DNA of 64,000 nucleotides from Hydrolagus affinis (Eukaryota): NCBI GenBank assembly GCA_012026655.1, contig JAAILG010000487.1, positions 1 to 64,000 of the forward strand, read 5' to 3'. Shown piece by piece: positions 23,001 to 35,100 of this stretch (position 1 is its first letter; each line of letters starts with the position of its first letter). The notes under the pieces were generated by a model. It saw only the letters and a program-made list of their open reading frames with translations, ran no database searches and was not told where the DNA came from. The position numbers and the translations under genes were made by a program.

Positions 23001-24923
23001 CCCCATGTCCAAATGTTACTATGGACAAGTCCAAACATTAATATTGTGTCCTTTGGTTTTTCAGTTGTTCTGTCAAAACCTGATCAGTGGAGGGCATCTC
23101 GCCTCTGTGCATTGCCCGTTGCAAAACTTGTTCCTCTCAAGCCTCATACAGATCTCATACCACCATATAGAAACCATGACGTGGATTGGTGCCAGTGACT
23201 GCTATAAAGTAAGTACTTTAATAGGATATGGCATGGAAACAGATTATTTGCCCCAAATAGTCTGTATTTATCCTCCACACGAGCTTCCATCCCTCCAACT
23301 CCCTCCCCTCCACCTCCGCATTGCTTTCACCCTCATGTATGTATCAAGTTTCCGCTTAATAATAATAATCCTTGATAAAGCGCCTGATCACATCAGAGAG
23401 CCATCTCAAAGCCCATCACAGAATATATTGTAAAGTCTATTGACTGTGTATTTTGTGGGTGAAATGTGGCAGCCAATTGGGCACAGAGGTCTCCCACAAA
23501 CAATCGTGAATTGAGTGACCAAATTATTTTTCTTTTGAAAGGATTATTATCCACAATTGATTATTATCCATTGATCGACTAACAACCATGTTCCTACTTA
23601 CACCTGGCTAAATCGAGGTGTGCAGAGCAAGGAAACTTGCCCAGGTTTTGCCCCACCTGGGAATCGAACCCCGGTCCTCTCGTTTGTGAATTGATCATGC
23701 TAACCACACCACACCATGGAACTCCAAACCGCTATGCTCAGCACTCCTTAAACATGTCAATACTTTTTGGTTCAAGCACAGCCTCTGGTAATGAGTTCCA
23801 TAATCCCACCAATCTCTGCACGAAGAAGTTCCTCCGAAAATCCCTTTCAAATGTCACGTTCCATATCCTCAAAACGTTTCAGTTTGCAAATGATTTCTCT
23901 GCACTGATAAACTTTTATTGGTTTGTTTCAGGAGGGCACTTTTCTGTGGACGGACGGTTCGCTGATGAACCACATTGAATGGTATTACAGCGAGCCCGAT
24001 GATGGGGACCGGAAGGAAAACTGTGTGATGATGGACGAGAACCGTATGTCAACTGTCCTTGTGCTGGCAAAAGCAATAATCTGGGATTGAGCCAATTATT
24101 GAACCTTGTAACTTCGCACATGTGCACACAACATCAGAGGCCAACAGGGATACTTGGATACTTGAATGGTTTGATGGACTACTACAGTGTAGTCTGTACT
24201 GCGTGTTCTACTACAGTGGAGTCTGGCTACTGGTTGTAATTCCAGGGAGGGAGGATAAAGTTATGATGTGAGGTTTAAACGCTGGGGTGGTTTTGTCAAT
24301 AGATCAAATAGACATGTTGAAAAGTAGGGCAATGGGATTCAAGGAAATTGCACCGGTGAAGGACGCGAGCCCTGAGATGATGTGGGGGGACAGGCAGGGG
24401 AATGGGGTTAGATGTTTCCAACGAGGGAAGCTCACACTTGAGAATTGGAGGAAAAGCAAGATATTTGTTGTTTTTTGATCAGCCAGGTGCTTGCCAACCA
24501 CAGAAATCAACACTTCGCCAGCTCAGATAGAGAAGTTTAGAAGTCTAGAAGTTTAGAAGACTCCAGTATGTATGTATCATTTGTAGGAATATTTTTGTTA
24601 CTTCTGACTTGCTTGGCCCAGGCAGCTTTTTCTCATACAGTGGGTGAGTTTCAGAGAGATGTTATCTCTCTCTCTCTCTCTCATCCATTTCACCCCAGAG
24701 AGCTTTTAGATGTAATACTTATTTCATCAATCTCAAAATGGTGATTGTAAAGAGCAACCTCTGGGACATCACCATATTAATGGAAGATGGCCTTGTGACC
24801 GCCTGTATGACTGTCTCATGGTGCGTGTCTGTACTTTGTTTTCCAGGGAATGGGCTGTGGTTCGACTCCGACTGCTCTCAAGAGTATAACTTCATTTGCT
24901 CCTACAAATTGGGCAAGACATAG
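20044..24923 (+). CDS. Lectin B: secreted C-type lectin, paralogue of lectin A, 186 aa; join(20044..20095,21780..21955,23065..23208,23932..24043,24847..24923)
   Basis: 52+176+144+112+77=561 nt in frame with canonical splice sites. Signal peptide MLISVLVLSWTIFMNAAEA; motifs WIDAELFC, GGHLASVH, WIG, WTDG, EPD, ENCV, WFD, FIC. Confidence 0.9.
20280..20440 (-). mobile_element. SINE 3' half
   Basis: Tail and Deu core. Confidence 0.8.
21470..21670 (-). mobile_element. CR1 fragment
   Basis: SYQETLEKLGLLSLEQRRLRGDVIKVFKIMKG. Confidence 0.8.
21780..21955 (+). CDS. Lectin B coding exon 2
   Basis: EAIYVPPVESYPVSDYGGQGESLCHETGVCNGPCLEGFASYNGICSKYIHEKMKWIDAE; GAG|GTAAC donor. Confidence 0.9.
22150..23010 (-). 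mobile_element. L2 LINE fragment with an internal inverted segment
   Basis: ADDTHLY...LHLNVNMTE...VRNLAILFEPQLSF; a plus-strand ETFIHAFVTSRLNY piece at about 22410-22545. Confidence 0.8.
23065..23208 (+). CDS. Lectin B coding exon 3
   Basis: LFCQNLISGGHLASVHCPLQNLFLSSLIQISYHHIETMTWIGASDCYK; AAA|GTAAGT donor. Confidence 0.9.
23358..23725 (-). mobile_element. SINE copy in a lectin B intron
   Basis: Tail, core and head. Confidence 0.8.
23932..24043 (+). CDS. Lectin B coding exon 4 (112 nt)
   Basis: EGTFLWTDGSLMNHIEWYYSEPDDGDRKENCVMMDEN; TTTCAG acceptor, GTATGT donor. Confidence 0.9.
24847..24923 (+). CDS. Lectin B last coding exon
   Basis: RNGLWFDSDCSQEYNFICSYKLGKT then TAG; TTTTCCAG acceptor. 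Confidence 0.9.
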
Positions 24924-25005
24924 ATTAAAACCTAACCTGCCAATCACCTTGATCTGTGAGTGGAGCTGTGCAGGTGTATTGTCATATGATGCTCTGTCAG
25001 GGGCA

Positions 25006-25011
25006 AATAAA
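25006..25011 (+). terminator. Polyadenylation signal AATAAA of lectin B
   Basis: AATAAA about 83 nt after the stop codon, followed by a pyrimidine/T-rich tract. Confidence 0.65.
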
Positions 25012-25169
25012 GCATTCAAACATCCTGCTTGCTTTTCCCTTTCCCTTTTCTATTATTGAGGACCACAGGAGCATTTTTACTCTCCACGTGGAAAGATGGA
25101 CATCTCCTACTGTTTGTAGCCAGTTCTCCAGATGTCTCACTAAGGCAATGTACTGTGCAGTATGGATTT

Positions 25170-25472
25170 ATAATAATAATAATCCTTGCATTTGATGTAG
25201 CGCCTTCCACATCTTATCAACATCTCAAAGCGCTTCACAGAATATACTGTAAAGTGAATTGACTGTATATTTGTGGGCGAAACGTAGCAGCCAATTGCGC
25301 ACTGCAGTGATCCACAAACAGTCGTAGATTGAACTGACCAATTTTTTTTATTGTTGTGTTTTTTGGAGGGAGAGGGATTATTATTAGGCATGTGGAGTAA
25401 GGAAACTTGCCCAAGGAATCTGCCTGGATTCGAACACGGGTCTTATGCTTGTAAGACGAGTGCTCTAACCAC
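25170..25472 (-). mobile_element. Near full-length SINE
   Basis: Tail, core and head. Confidence 0.85.
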
Positions 25473-26491
25473 TGGCTGGATTTGGCTGCACAATGTCAAG
25501 GGAAATTTACTGTACTGTGTATCTAATCCGTGCTATCTGAGAGGGCTGGATGGAACAATGTGAAAGGGGTTTTAAATCTGTTTCTAATCTGAAGTGTCCC
25601 TGACTAGGAAGTACTGGACGGGCCTAAAAAGAGGCAACTTTACTGTATCTCATAGTGTCTCAACTCAGCAATCTCTTTTGACTGCATCAATGTCATTTTG
25701 CCATTGGTGATGCAAAGCGAGATTGGAATGAGATCGTTCAAGTTAACAGCCATTGGAAAATATCTGCGTTTGGGGGTTGCTCGTGAGGAATGGGATCGAT
25801 ATCTCCTTCAGGTGAAACATCAAGTCAAACCCACTGAACCATTCACCCATCTCCTCCAAGCTTCCCCCTTGAATTTGGAATCTTCCATTGCGGCCGTGAA
25901 AAATGGTGGTTTCCAGATCAGCAACATTCTGGCTCAGAATCTGAACATAAAGCAAAACGCAACTTGATCACACACTACGCTTGTCACAAATCAGTGAGGT
26001 GGGATCGTTGCCATCTCTGGTGCCAAGCATTGTCCTAGACTCAGGTGGCTGGCACACAGTAAGCTTGTGATAGGCTGCGTTAATTGGCAGCAGGCGAGTG
26101 GGTGAGGTCAGCCTGAGTTGTGACTGCTTTGTAATTGAGAGTACCTGTCTGACACGTTGGGAGGTAGGATCGCTCGGATTGATCTATTACATTTCACTTT
26201 CAGTGTTTAGCTTGCAGGGTCGTCTTGTGCCACAGCTTCAGTAAGTTTGGCAAGTCATTCCAAAGTAGATCTGTTGTGTTTCTCCCAACGTGTCCTCCAG
26301 CTGGAACAAGGGTTGGTCTCCATTTTTGGTGATAAGACAAACATAATCCTTGCAATTTGATTACAGCGCTACATCGACATCAAACTACCAATTGGGGAGG
26401 GCTCTGAGGCCCCACCCCCCATGTGATGGCCAGTTGTTGTTGTTTTCTGAATTTTGAGGACAGGCCAGTGGTGTGCACACAAACAAACACT

Positions 26492-26497
26492 TTTATT
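26492..26497 (-). terminator. Candidate distal polyadenylation signal of FAR
   Basis: AATAAA followed by GTGTTTGTTTGTGTG; more proximal AATAAA at 28021-28026 and 28083-28088. Confidence 0.45.
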
Positions 26498-28981
26498 GTA
26501 TTTTTTGTACTAATTTGAATAGTGCAGCACTTACCAGGAATTGGTGGCAGGAGTTCAGTTTAGGCTGTGTTCTCCGCGGGAGATATTAGGCTGGACAGTA
26601 GATGAAGATGATTTTCCACTTTTAGGAAATAATCTAATGAGATATAGTAGATACGTAGTTTGGGACATATGTGCATGCGACTGGCAGGAAGGTGGAAGGC
26701 GAACTAGATGGACCTTGTTTTTTCGTCTAGCATTTCTTATGCCCTATGTAAACCTGTACCAATATACACTAGGATATAGTACATATCAACTATAAAGTTC
26801 ATATACACTATATCAACTGCACTACCTTCATCAATTCTCTCCGTTATTTAAAAATTAATTGAAATTTTCCCTAGAGCTATTTATTCTAAATGTGTGAAAA
26901 TGGGAATCATATGTATGTAATATGTATGTAATGCCTTCATTACAACAAAACAGTCACAATTAGCCTAATTTATTACGGGAGAATTCTTAACAGTGATGAT
27001 GGCTCAATTCTCCATTCAGGGGGCTCCGATCTGCTCCATATCCCCCGCCCGACTCGCCCTACCATCGGTGGATGGGCTTTCAGCCTCTTTGCCCCTAGGC
27101 TCTGGAGCTCCATCCAACAGTCCCTTCACCTTGCTTGCTCCCTTACCTCCTCCAAGGCCAGTATCAAGACCCTCCTCTTTGACTGTGCCTTCTGCCACCC
27201 TCCCAACTCTCTCCCTCCGCCACTAGACGCTCTATAAATGTAATTTTGTTGTTGTTGTTGTCATATCTCATTCCTCTGGAACATCCCCCTTAACAGTCCT
27301 CCCATCTCAGTATCGAGGATCTTTTAAGTAACAACAACAACAAAATTACATTTGTGTAGCACCTTTCACATCGGGAGGACGTTAAGTCCAGTGTACATAC
27401 ACAAACCAACGATCCTTCTCCATCTGGTGGCCTGTTCCTGTTTGTTTCACACTGTTAAACATCTAGTTAATTATTTTAATTTTAACTTGAGACGTTCCAA
27501 TTTTATCCCTGCTTTCAGGTTGGTAAACCATAAAGCTGCCTGCAGAGGGTGCCCTTACAAAGCTCCATGACTGTACATCGCAGTCTGTGAATTCTGCGTG
27601 ATCCGAGCACTCCCAACAAGATTGTGACCTTTAGGTGTGACTATATGATGTATGAAGTTGTGATTTCAGATGACTGACATTGAACATGCATTTTAAACGG
27701 ACTGATTTTCTGTGTCAACGTGAAACGGGGGAGATAAACTGCAGAATTAATAAGAATCCTTTCCCCTCCGATGATGGAGGATGCCTAGGCGCTGGAGCAG
27801 TGGGAGGTAATGGTAGGGTCCAGGAGTGAGGGGTTGGCAGTCATGGCTTCAGTGGCAGAGTAAGATGGACAGCAGGTTGCAAGAACAGCTTGCAAACTGC
27901 AAGGTAAGGAGCCTGAGGTTGTCCCTTTCCCCCCTGCTCACAGCTCAGACCTATGGAGTGTACAGTATTACAGTATTCAAAGAAATACTTTGAGTCACAT
28001 AGTTTCACATGCCAATCCTTTTTATTCCATCAAAATATTGTGCTCTGCAGTCGCCAAGCTCTGCAGTCATCACCTATTGGCATTTATTAAACTGGAAAAC
28101 CGTCTTCCTTTCTTCTGAAACATTGGGAAGAAATTCAGACATTTTGGTGAAAAGTTGCATACACTTCATGTTTGGTAAATGTTTCATTTTGGCACCTACT
28201 GTGTGTTTTTTGGGAACATGGTCTTCCCCCCACTGCCCCCCACCCCCACTGAGGCTCTGGAGGACACGCTTTCTACCAGATGTGATCCATGAAGCCTTGC
28301 CCACCCCCACCCCACCCCCCCTCCACGACTGTCTGGTATTTCTTAGTGGACCGTCTTCAAAACCAAACACCACTCGTCTTTTTTTTCTCTTCACTTTTCT
28401 CTTGGCGAGGAAGAGATTTCCCATCCAAGGTTTCCAATGAGTTCTGATCAAGAATGTGAACCTCTGAGCTCCAGCCACACATTATCTTTGGTTTTAGTCA
28501 GGGGAAGAGGTGGCGGCCTTTGCCAGCTGTGTGCAGTGTGCTGGGAGTTGTCGGAGCTGTACATCATTCCGTGTATGACGACCAGCAGTTTGTAAATACA
28601 GCTGCGCTGAAATCACCGTGGCCTTCGCAGTCTGCTCCGAGCTCTCGGTGATCAAACCGAGGCAGGGTATTATTGTATGACGGGCACAGAACCTCTAATA
28701 GTGAACATCGGTCTCGTTGTCAGTCTGAAGCTGTTGCTAAGGCTAGGAAATCAGAAGATGGCACTGTATAGCTGGGTTGGCTAAGGTTTAATATGCCGCC
28801 TGATGGACTGGGTGTTTAAGATTGGCAGTGTGCAGTAGTTGTGCTGGAATTCAGGATCAAAACCGTTTCCTTTGGAATGGCTCCGAAAGTGTTTTTTTTT
28901 AAAATTTCTGTGTCTGGGTTTTTTTCATTTGGTTTCAGGCCTCGTGAAGTCCGGGGTGTTCCCACTGCGGGTCCACAGGCC

Positions 28982-29144
28982 TCAGTGCCTGATGGTGCTG
29001 GACGCCCTGAAGTAGGATAGAAACTTGTAGCACAGACTCACCACAAAGTACCAGATGTTACGAGCCATCTGGGATCGGGCAACGAAGATGCGCCAGATGA
29101 TGACAAGGAGGACGGTGTTGAAGGCGTAGCGGATATTGCGTAGC
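28982..29144 (-). CDS. far2: FAR last coding exon
   Basis: [53 protein letters not shown] then TGA. Confidence 0.95.
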
Positions 29145-32100
29145 CTGGAAAGGAAAAGTCAGGAGTGAATGCCAGGTTACACTCAATTGATGTCTGTGAA
29201 AAGGAGTCCACCTTGATTGCTTGGTGGCATTCTGACGCCTGAGTCAGAAAGTTGTGGAATCAAGGATTTGCAGTTTTGAAACATCACCTGCAGCGAGGTG
29301 GGGAGAGAACGTTTTCATTGGGGTTTAACCCTCAGTCAACCTTCTCAAACATTGAGCAGTTGAACCTTGCTGACACACAAAACAGAGCCCACAATAGAAC
29401 TGCACAAATAATAATCATTATTATTAATAATAATAATAATCCTTGTATTTGATATAGCGCTGTCTACATCTAGATATCACAGAATATACTGTAAAGTGAA
29501 TTGACTGTATATATGTGGGTGAAACGCTACACCCAATTTTGTCCCACAAACAGTCGTGGATTGAAATGAGCCAATTTTTCTTTTGAGGGATTATTATTAG
29601 GTGTGTGGAGTAAGGGAACTTGCCCAAGGTTTTGCCCTTCCTGGAAATGAACCCATGGGGTTGACTCCAGGCAGGGCGAAACCTTGGTCAAGTTTCCTTA
29701 CTCCACACGCCTAATAATAATGAGGGTCGGAAGCCAAGGAAATGGCAAACGTAATAATTTAACTTCATCAGTTGGTGGGGCATCAGCACAGAAAAATTGC
29801 CAATACTGACATACATATTGGAGGAGGACAATTTTTGGTGTTCAATTCCCAACAGTCAAGCAAGGATTTACACCGGCAAATGGGCATGTTGCTTTACATC
29901 AAGACTCTGCTTTGACTGAAAGTGTCAGGGCAGGACCAGGCGAAACCTTGGGCAAGTTTCCTTACTCCATAAGCCTCAAATGACCATGTAATGTGCTGTA
30001 AATGTCTACGGTTCTATATCCGCTATCCTGCAGGAATTGGGATTGGGTATGTTTGTAGCTTTATCACCATTTTCCCCCATTTCATACATTTTCTAACAGA
30101 AGTACGTACATAAGACTGAGAACAAGTACTCACTTTTTTAAGTGTTGTCTTGCTGCTGGCAACCCAGACATGTCTTCGTTCAGCACATACTTTTTTGTTC
30201 CTATACAGTAATTCTCTATGTATTCTGGCCAGTGAAGCTGACGGACATCAAAATTGAATCCCTGAAAATAACAATTGTATGGTTGGTAAGACCCTCGCTT
30301 GCCTCAGTTAATCAAAGTAGAAATTCTCCATCACATCTCCATCCTCATTGATGCAGTGAAATTACAGTTGGCTCACAAAAGTTGGGTTGAAATATTTGGG
30401 TGTGCAAGTGTGGCCTTCGCAACTAGGACTTGGGAGAGAAAAGAAAATCACCACGGTTCAAATTGTTAGAATTCTCCAACTCTGCCACAGGCACTGTTGA
30501 GCAGGTTTGTTGACTGAGGATTCCCCAATGGACCTTGCTTTATTCCTGATTAATCTCAATGTACTTCTTGTCTATCGCTTATAACATTGGAGACACTAAG
30601 GTGCAGTTTCTTATTCAAATGGCTCAAAAATATGGGCGCACACCAGGTCTCTACCCTTCCATTGTTGTGGGACACCTCGCAGTTGCCCGGTCTTTGCAGA
30701 TAAACACCTCCCATAACAGGTTGACATATCGGGTGCATCTCTCTGGGCACCAATTTCAAAGTTTACTGCAATGGCACATCTGTACTAAAGTAACCGTGCC
30801 ACCAATACCATGAGGGTATGGTGCAGAGGTCAAGCCCGACTGCAACCAGGTGTTGGTGAGCCCTCCAGCACGACTGGTATTCAGTGACGTGCAGTCGAAT
30901 GGATGAATTACCTTCTTATCTTCAGGGCTGAGCTGATTCATTAGCGAATTCATGTTGTCTGAACTCCACACCCAGGACTTACTGCTGAAGTACTCCAACA
31001 GCATCATGGATTTGTGAAGTCTGTTGAAGATCTTCATCATTCTGCAATAATAAAAATATGTGCATTCGATACAGCGCCTTATCATCAGGTCTTTGGAGTA
31101 TCAAAGTGTTTCACGGGATATACTGTAAAGTGGATTGACTGTGTGTGTAGTTTGTGGATAAAATGACTGGATTCAGTTGAGGAGACCTGACGGGACTGCA
31201 GAGACTGAACAACCTTTACCAAATGTCTGACCTGCTGGCAATGCCTTTTGCCAACATTTGGTATCTGTTTCCCTGCACGATGCTCACTGTGAGGCTTTGT
31301 TTGCGTAACGACCAGAGAATTCTGGGCAGATTGAAGAGTCGCGATATTGAGTGACTTGTTATTTGGTGTTGCTCTCCCTGAAGTTCACGTCACTCTGAAC
31401 CACGGATGTTATTCTGCAATGGGGAACGTAAGTGAATATAGATGAATGTCCATGTTAACAGTGGTTTGGGTTAAAAAAAAAGGACAGTCAGTGCTTCTGC
31501 GTTACTGAGTCAACTCTACCATCACTTTCTGCACACACCCTGGTCAGTGCTGAAGTCCAGGGAATGACAGTGCCATATGCAGTACCAGGTTACCACAGTA
31601 GATGCTTCGAAAAGAGCAGTCAAAATTTACCATTTTTAAGATGTGTATTTACCTTGGCTTTTGGCCTGTCAGCTTTAGGTAGACATCATAGAGCAAAGCC
31701 GGGGCTTTGTGACTAACTGTGATCCAGTATTGATTGATCAAATAATTGGATGTTATGTTTGCATTGGGCCTCCGGAAGGCTTGTTCTAAGGGATTCCTCT
31801 TAAAGGTGGATACAACATGGTATTCTGGAAAGAGAAACGGATTGCATTAGTAATTTAATAATAATAATAATAATCCTTGCATTTGACTTGCTTTTCACGT
31901 CTTCTCGATATCTCAAAGCCCTTCACAGAATATACTGTAAAGTGAATTGACTGTGTATATTTGTGGGTGAAACGCAGCAGCCAATTGCGCACAGCAGCGT
32001 CCCACAAACAGTCATGGATTGAAATGACCAATTTTTTTTGAGGGATTATTATTAGGCTTGTGGTGTAAGGAAACCTTCCCAAAGTTTCACCCTGTTTGGA

Positions 32101-35100
32101 ATTGAACCCAGGTTTCTCACTTGTAAGGCTAGTGCTCTAACCACTGAACTGCAGGACTCCACAATTTGCAGAGTTGTGACAGGTAGATTGGGACTGGATG
32201 GATTGTATTTTCAAAGAGCCAGCACAGAAAAATATTGGACTAAGTGACTGTCCTTTTTTTTTGCTGTAAATTTCCATACTAGCTGGTATTGCAGGAAATA
32301 ATTCACCTTTTCCTGTGAGACGCATCTAGTTCCCAATGAACAACCCAAAGGGAAGATTCACTTGTTGGAAGTGAAGAGTTGTGTTAATTATAGCTCGGAA
32401 CTTTACATTGTGTGGGTGGCACTGTACTTTCTACTGTGCTTCCTGCCACCCTACCATCCCAACCTGGCTCGGAGTCAGGCTCTGCCACTCTCAAGTGTTC
32501 TGAGATGCTACCCAGCTTGGAGGGCACTCTATAAGAGCAAGTTTTTGTTGTTGTACTCTGTGCTACAAATGTGTCTTGTGCTTACTTTGGAAAAGTACCC
32601 TTGCGACAGAGAGAAGTATTGAAGGCTTTCGGTGTACAATGCAGAGAATTCAGTGACGTTTACTCAGTGATACTTCACATGATGTTTGATATTAAAAGGA
32701 TTGCTTTCATTGCCTTGTGCACACCTCAAGATCTTTATTGTACAAAACAAACCAGTTTAGAAGACATTAAGTTCCTAAGATGGAACACTAGTTGGGAGTG
32801 TGGCTATCAAGCATCTATTATCAACCCCAAGAAACCCAACCCAGTTCATCCCAAATAAAACTGATATTTCCACGTACATTCCTACCACATCATGCAGCAC
32901 AATTTTACTGAAGCGAAGCTCACCAACTCATTTCTTTATCTAAGTGGAACTTACCAATCTCTCCCCAGTGAAATGGATTGATCGCTCCTGTGGTACAGTT
33001 GTAAATAAGACTACTTTTGGGTCTGAAATATAACCAAAATTTGCACAAATCTGAGTTCATCCCTTCTGATCCATGTATTATCGTATATACAGTACACCAT
33101 AGTTCCAGTCCAGCCTTGAAATAATAGGCAGTGAGTGTCCCAGAGATTTTGATCAGAATGCAGCTGTGAGAAATACATTTGGCTAACAGTGGAATGAGTG
33201 ACACAAAGCAGTCACATATTAATAATCCTTGAATTTTCACGTGTTCTAGATGTCTCAAAGCCCTTCACAGAATACACTGTAAAATTAATTGACTGTATAT
33301 TTGTGGGAAAAATGTGGTAGCCAATTGCGCTCAGCAATGTCCTAACAAACAGTAGTGGATTGAGTAAACAAATCTTAATTGCTTTTTTCTTGAGGGATTA
33401 TTATTAGGCCTTATTTCCTTTTTCAGTTCTCTGCAGTTTCTGTATTCTGCTTGATTCTCTAGTGTATTTTGAACCTGACGTTTAACATATGCTATCTTTT
33501 TCTGTATAATTTGAATCCCAGTTTCTTTAGTCATCCAGGGAGCTCTAGCTTTGCATGCGCTACTTTTCCATATCATGGGAAAGTGTTTGGTCTATACCCA
33601 GGAATCTGAAGCCCTCCCTCCTACAGGATTTCTCCAACCATACATTAACCCGGTTAATCTGGCTGTTCCTATCACTAGTATGAGGTACACAGAATAATCC
33701 AGTCTGCTCCCTGTCTCCTGAACTCTGCCTGTAGGATCTCTACCCTTTTCTTGCCTCCATTCCAACATGGACCATGGCTTCTGTGTTCCCCTTCCACCCA
33801 GATAATTTTCTGCACAGGTTCAGTGAGACCCTCCAAACCTCACATTATACTTTATCGTCAGTTTGCCAATTTAACCTGACGTTCACAAATGCAATGCACT
33901 CTTCCAATAAACATATGAATTTGCATTATAAATACAACACGAAAATTAAAAGCCAGTGGGGACTGGGATGTATTGCACCATTTTGACAAATCCATGGGTG
34001 TGATAATGAGCTGTGCAGAACAGAAAAGTTGTTTACCTCTGAACTGCTGTATACCAGCCAGCCGTCAGAGTCAGATTAACCACAACATCAATAGGGATTA
34101 GGTCAGCCACTGCGTTGTTGGTTGCCCTCATGGTTCGAAGAATTCCTTTGCCTGCCTGAATAGTGGAAACATGATAAACAATTTGTATCAATCACCTGAC
34201 CCACCATCTCTGTTATTATAAGAGAGGTTTGGGTGAGAAAGGACCTTTAACCCATTTCAACTAATGCTTCAAGACCCGCCCTAGAGTCCTAGGACATTAT
34301 GATGCCGTTTTTTTTAAAAAAAAGATTCAATTTTAACATGATGGCCTTTGTTCTGGATTTCCCCACCAAGGGAAATAGTTTATCTGTATCTCCCTGATCA
34401 AATCCTTTATCATTTTAAACAACTCAATCAGATATTAGCATATGCAATCTGTACAATTGCAATTATTTTCCAATTATTTTTGAAAAACAGGAAACATGTT
34501 ACATACAGCAATGAAAACGCCACTTGGTCCGTTGAAATTGTCAATCCAACCCTGAAAAATAGAGTCAACACTGTAGGATACACTTAAATACAGCTCCACC
34601 ACAACAAAAACATCTTCTCCTTCAAACACATAATGAGTTCCATTCTGTGCTGCAGTGAACATCACAGAACAAAACTATTTGTGAGAGAAGAGAACACAAA
34701 TCAGAGCTCTGACATCAGCCTCTTTGAAATTAATGTCATGCTTTGCACGTCGGGATTCAGTCTCAAAGAGCTTCACAGGATTTAAAATCGCACTACCAGA
34801 AATTTATTTAGTGACTTATTTAGGGATCTTTAACACCCACTTGAACAGGCAGACGTGACCTCAGTTTAATGTCTCATATGAAGGACAGCACCTCCATCAA
34901 TGCAGTAACCCATTGGCACATCAGTCTGGATTGTGAGTTAAATGTCCAAATGTGGCACTTCAACTCACAACCAACACACTCAGCGAAAGTGTTATCAACA
35001 AAGTCAGGCTGACACCTGATGAAACTAATTTCCTGAAGCAGTTTAACACTCCAAGCTAGGATTGAGGTACTTCACAATTACTCCTCACTGTCTGCAAGCC

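Noticed and set aside
31042-32954. Mutually exclusive alternative copy of FAR coding exon 8, as in some FAR1 genes
   Set aside because: I found no second exon-like copy with splice sites in the flanking introns.
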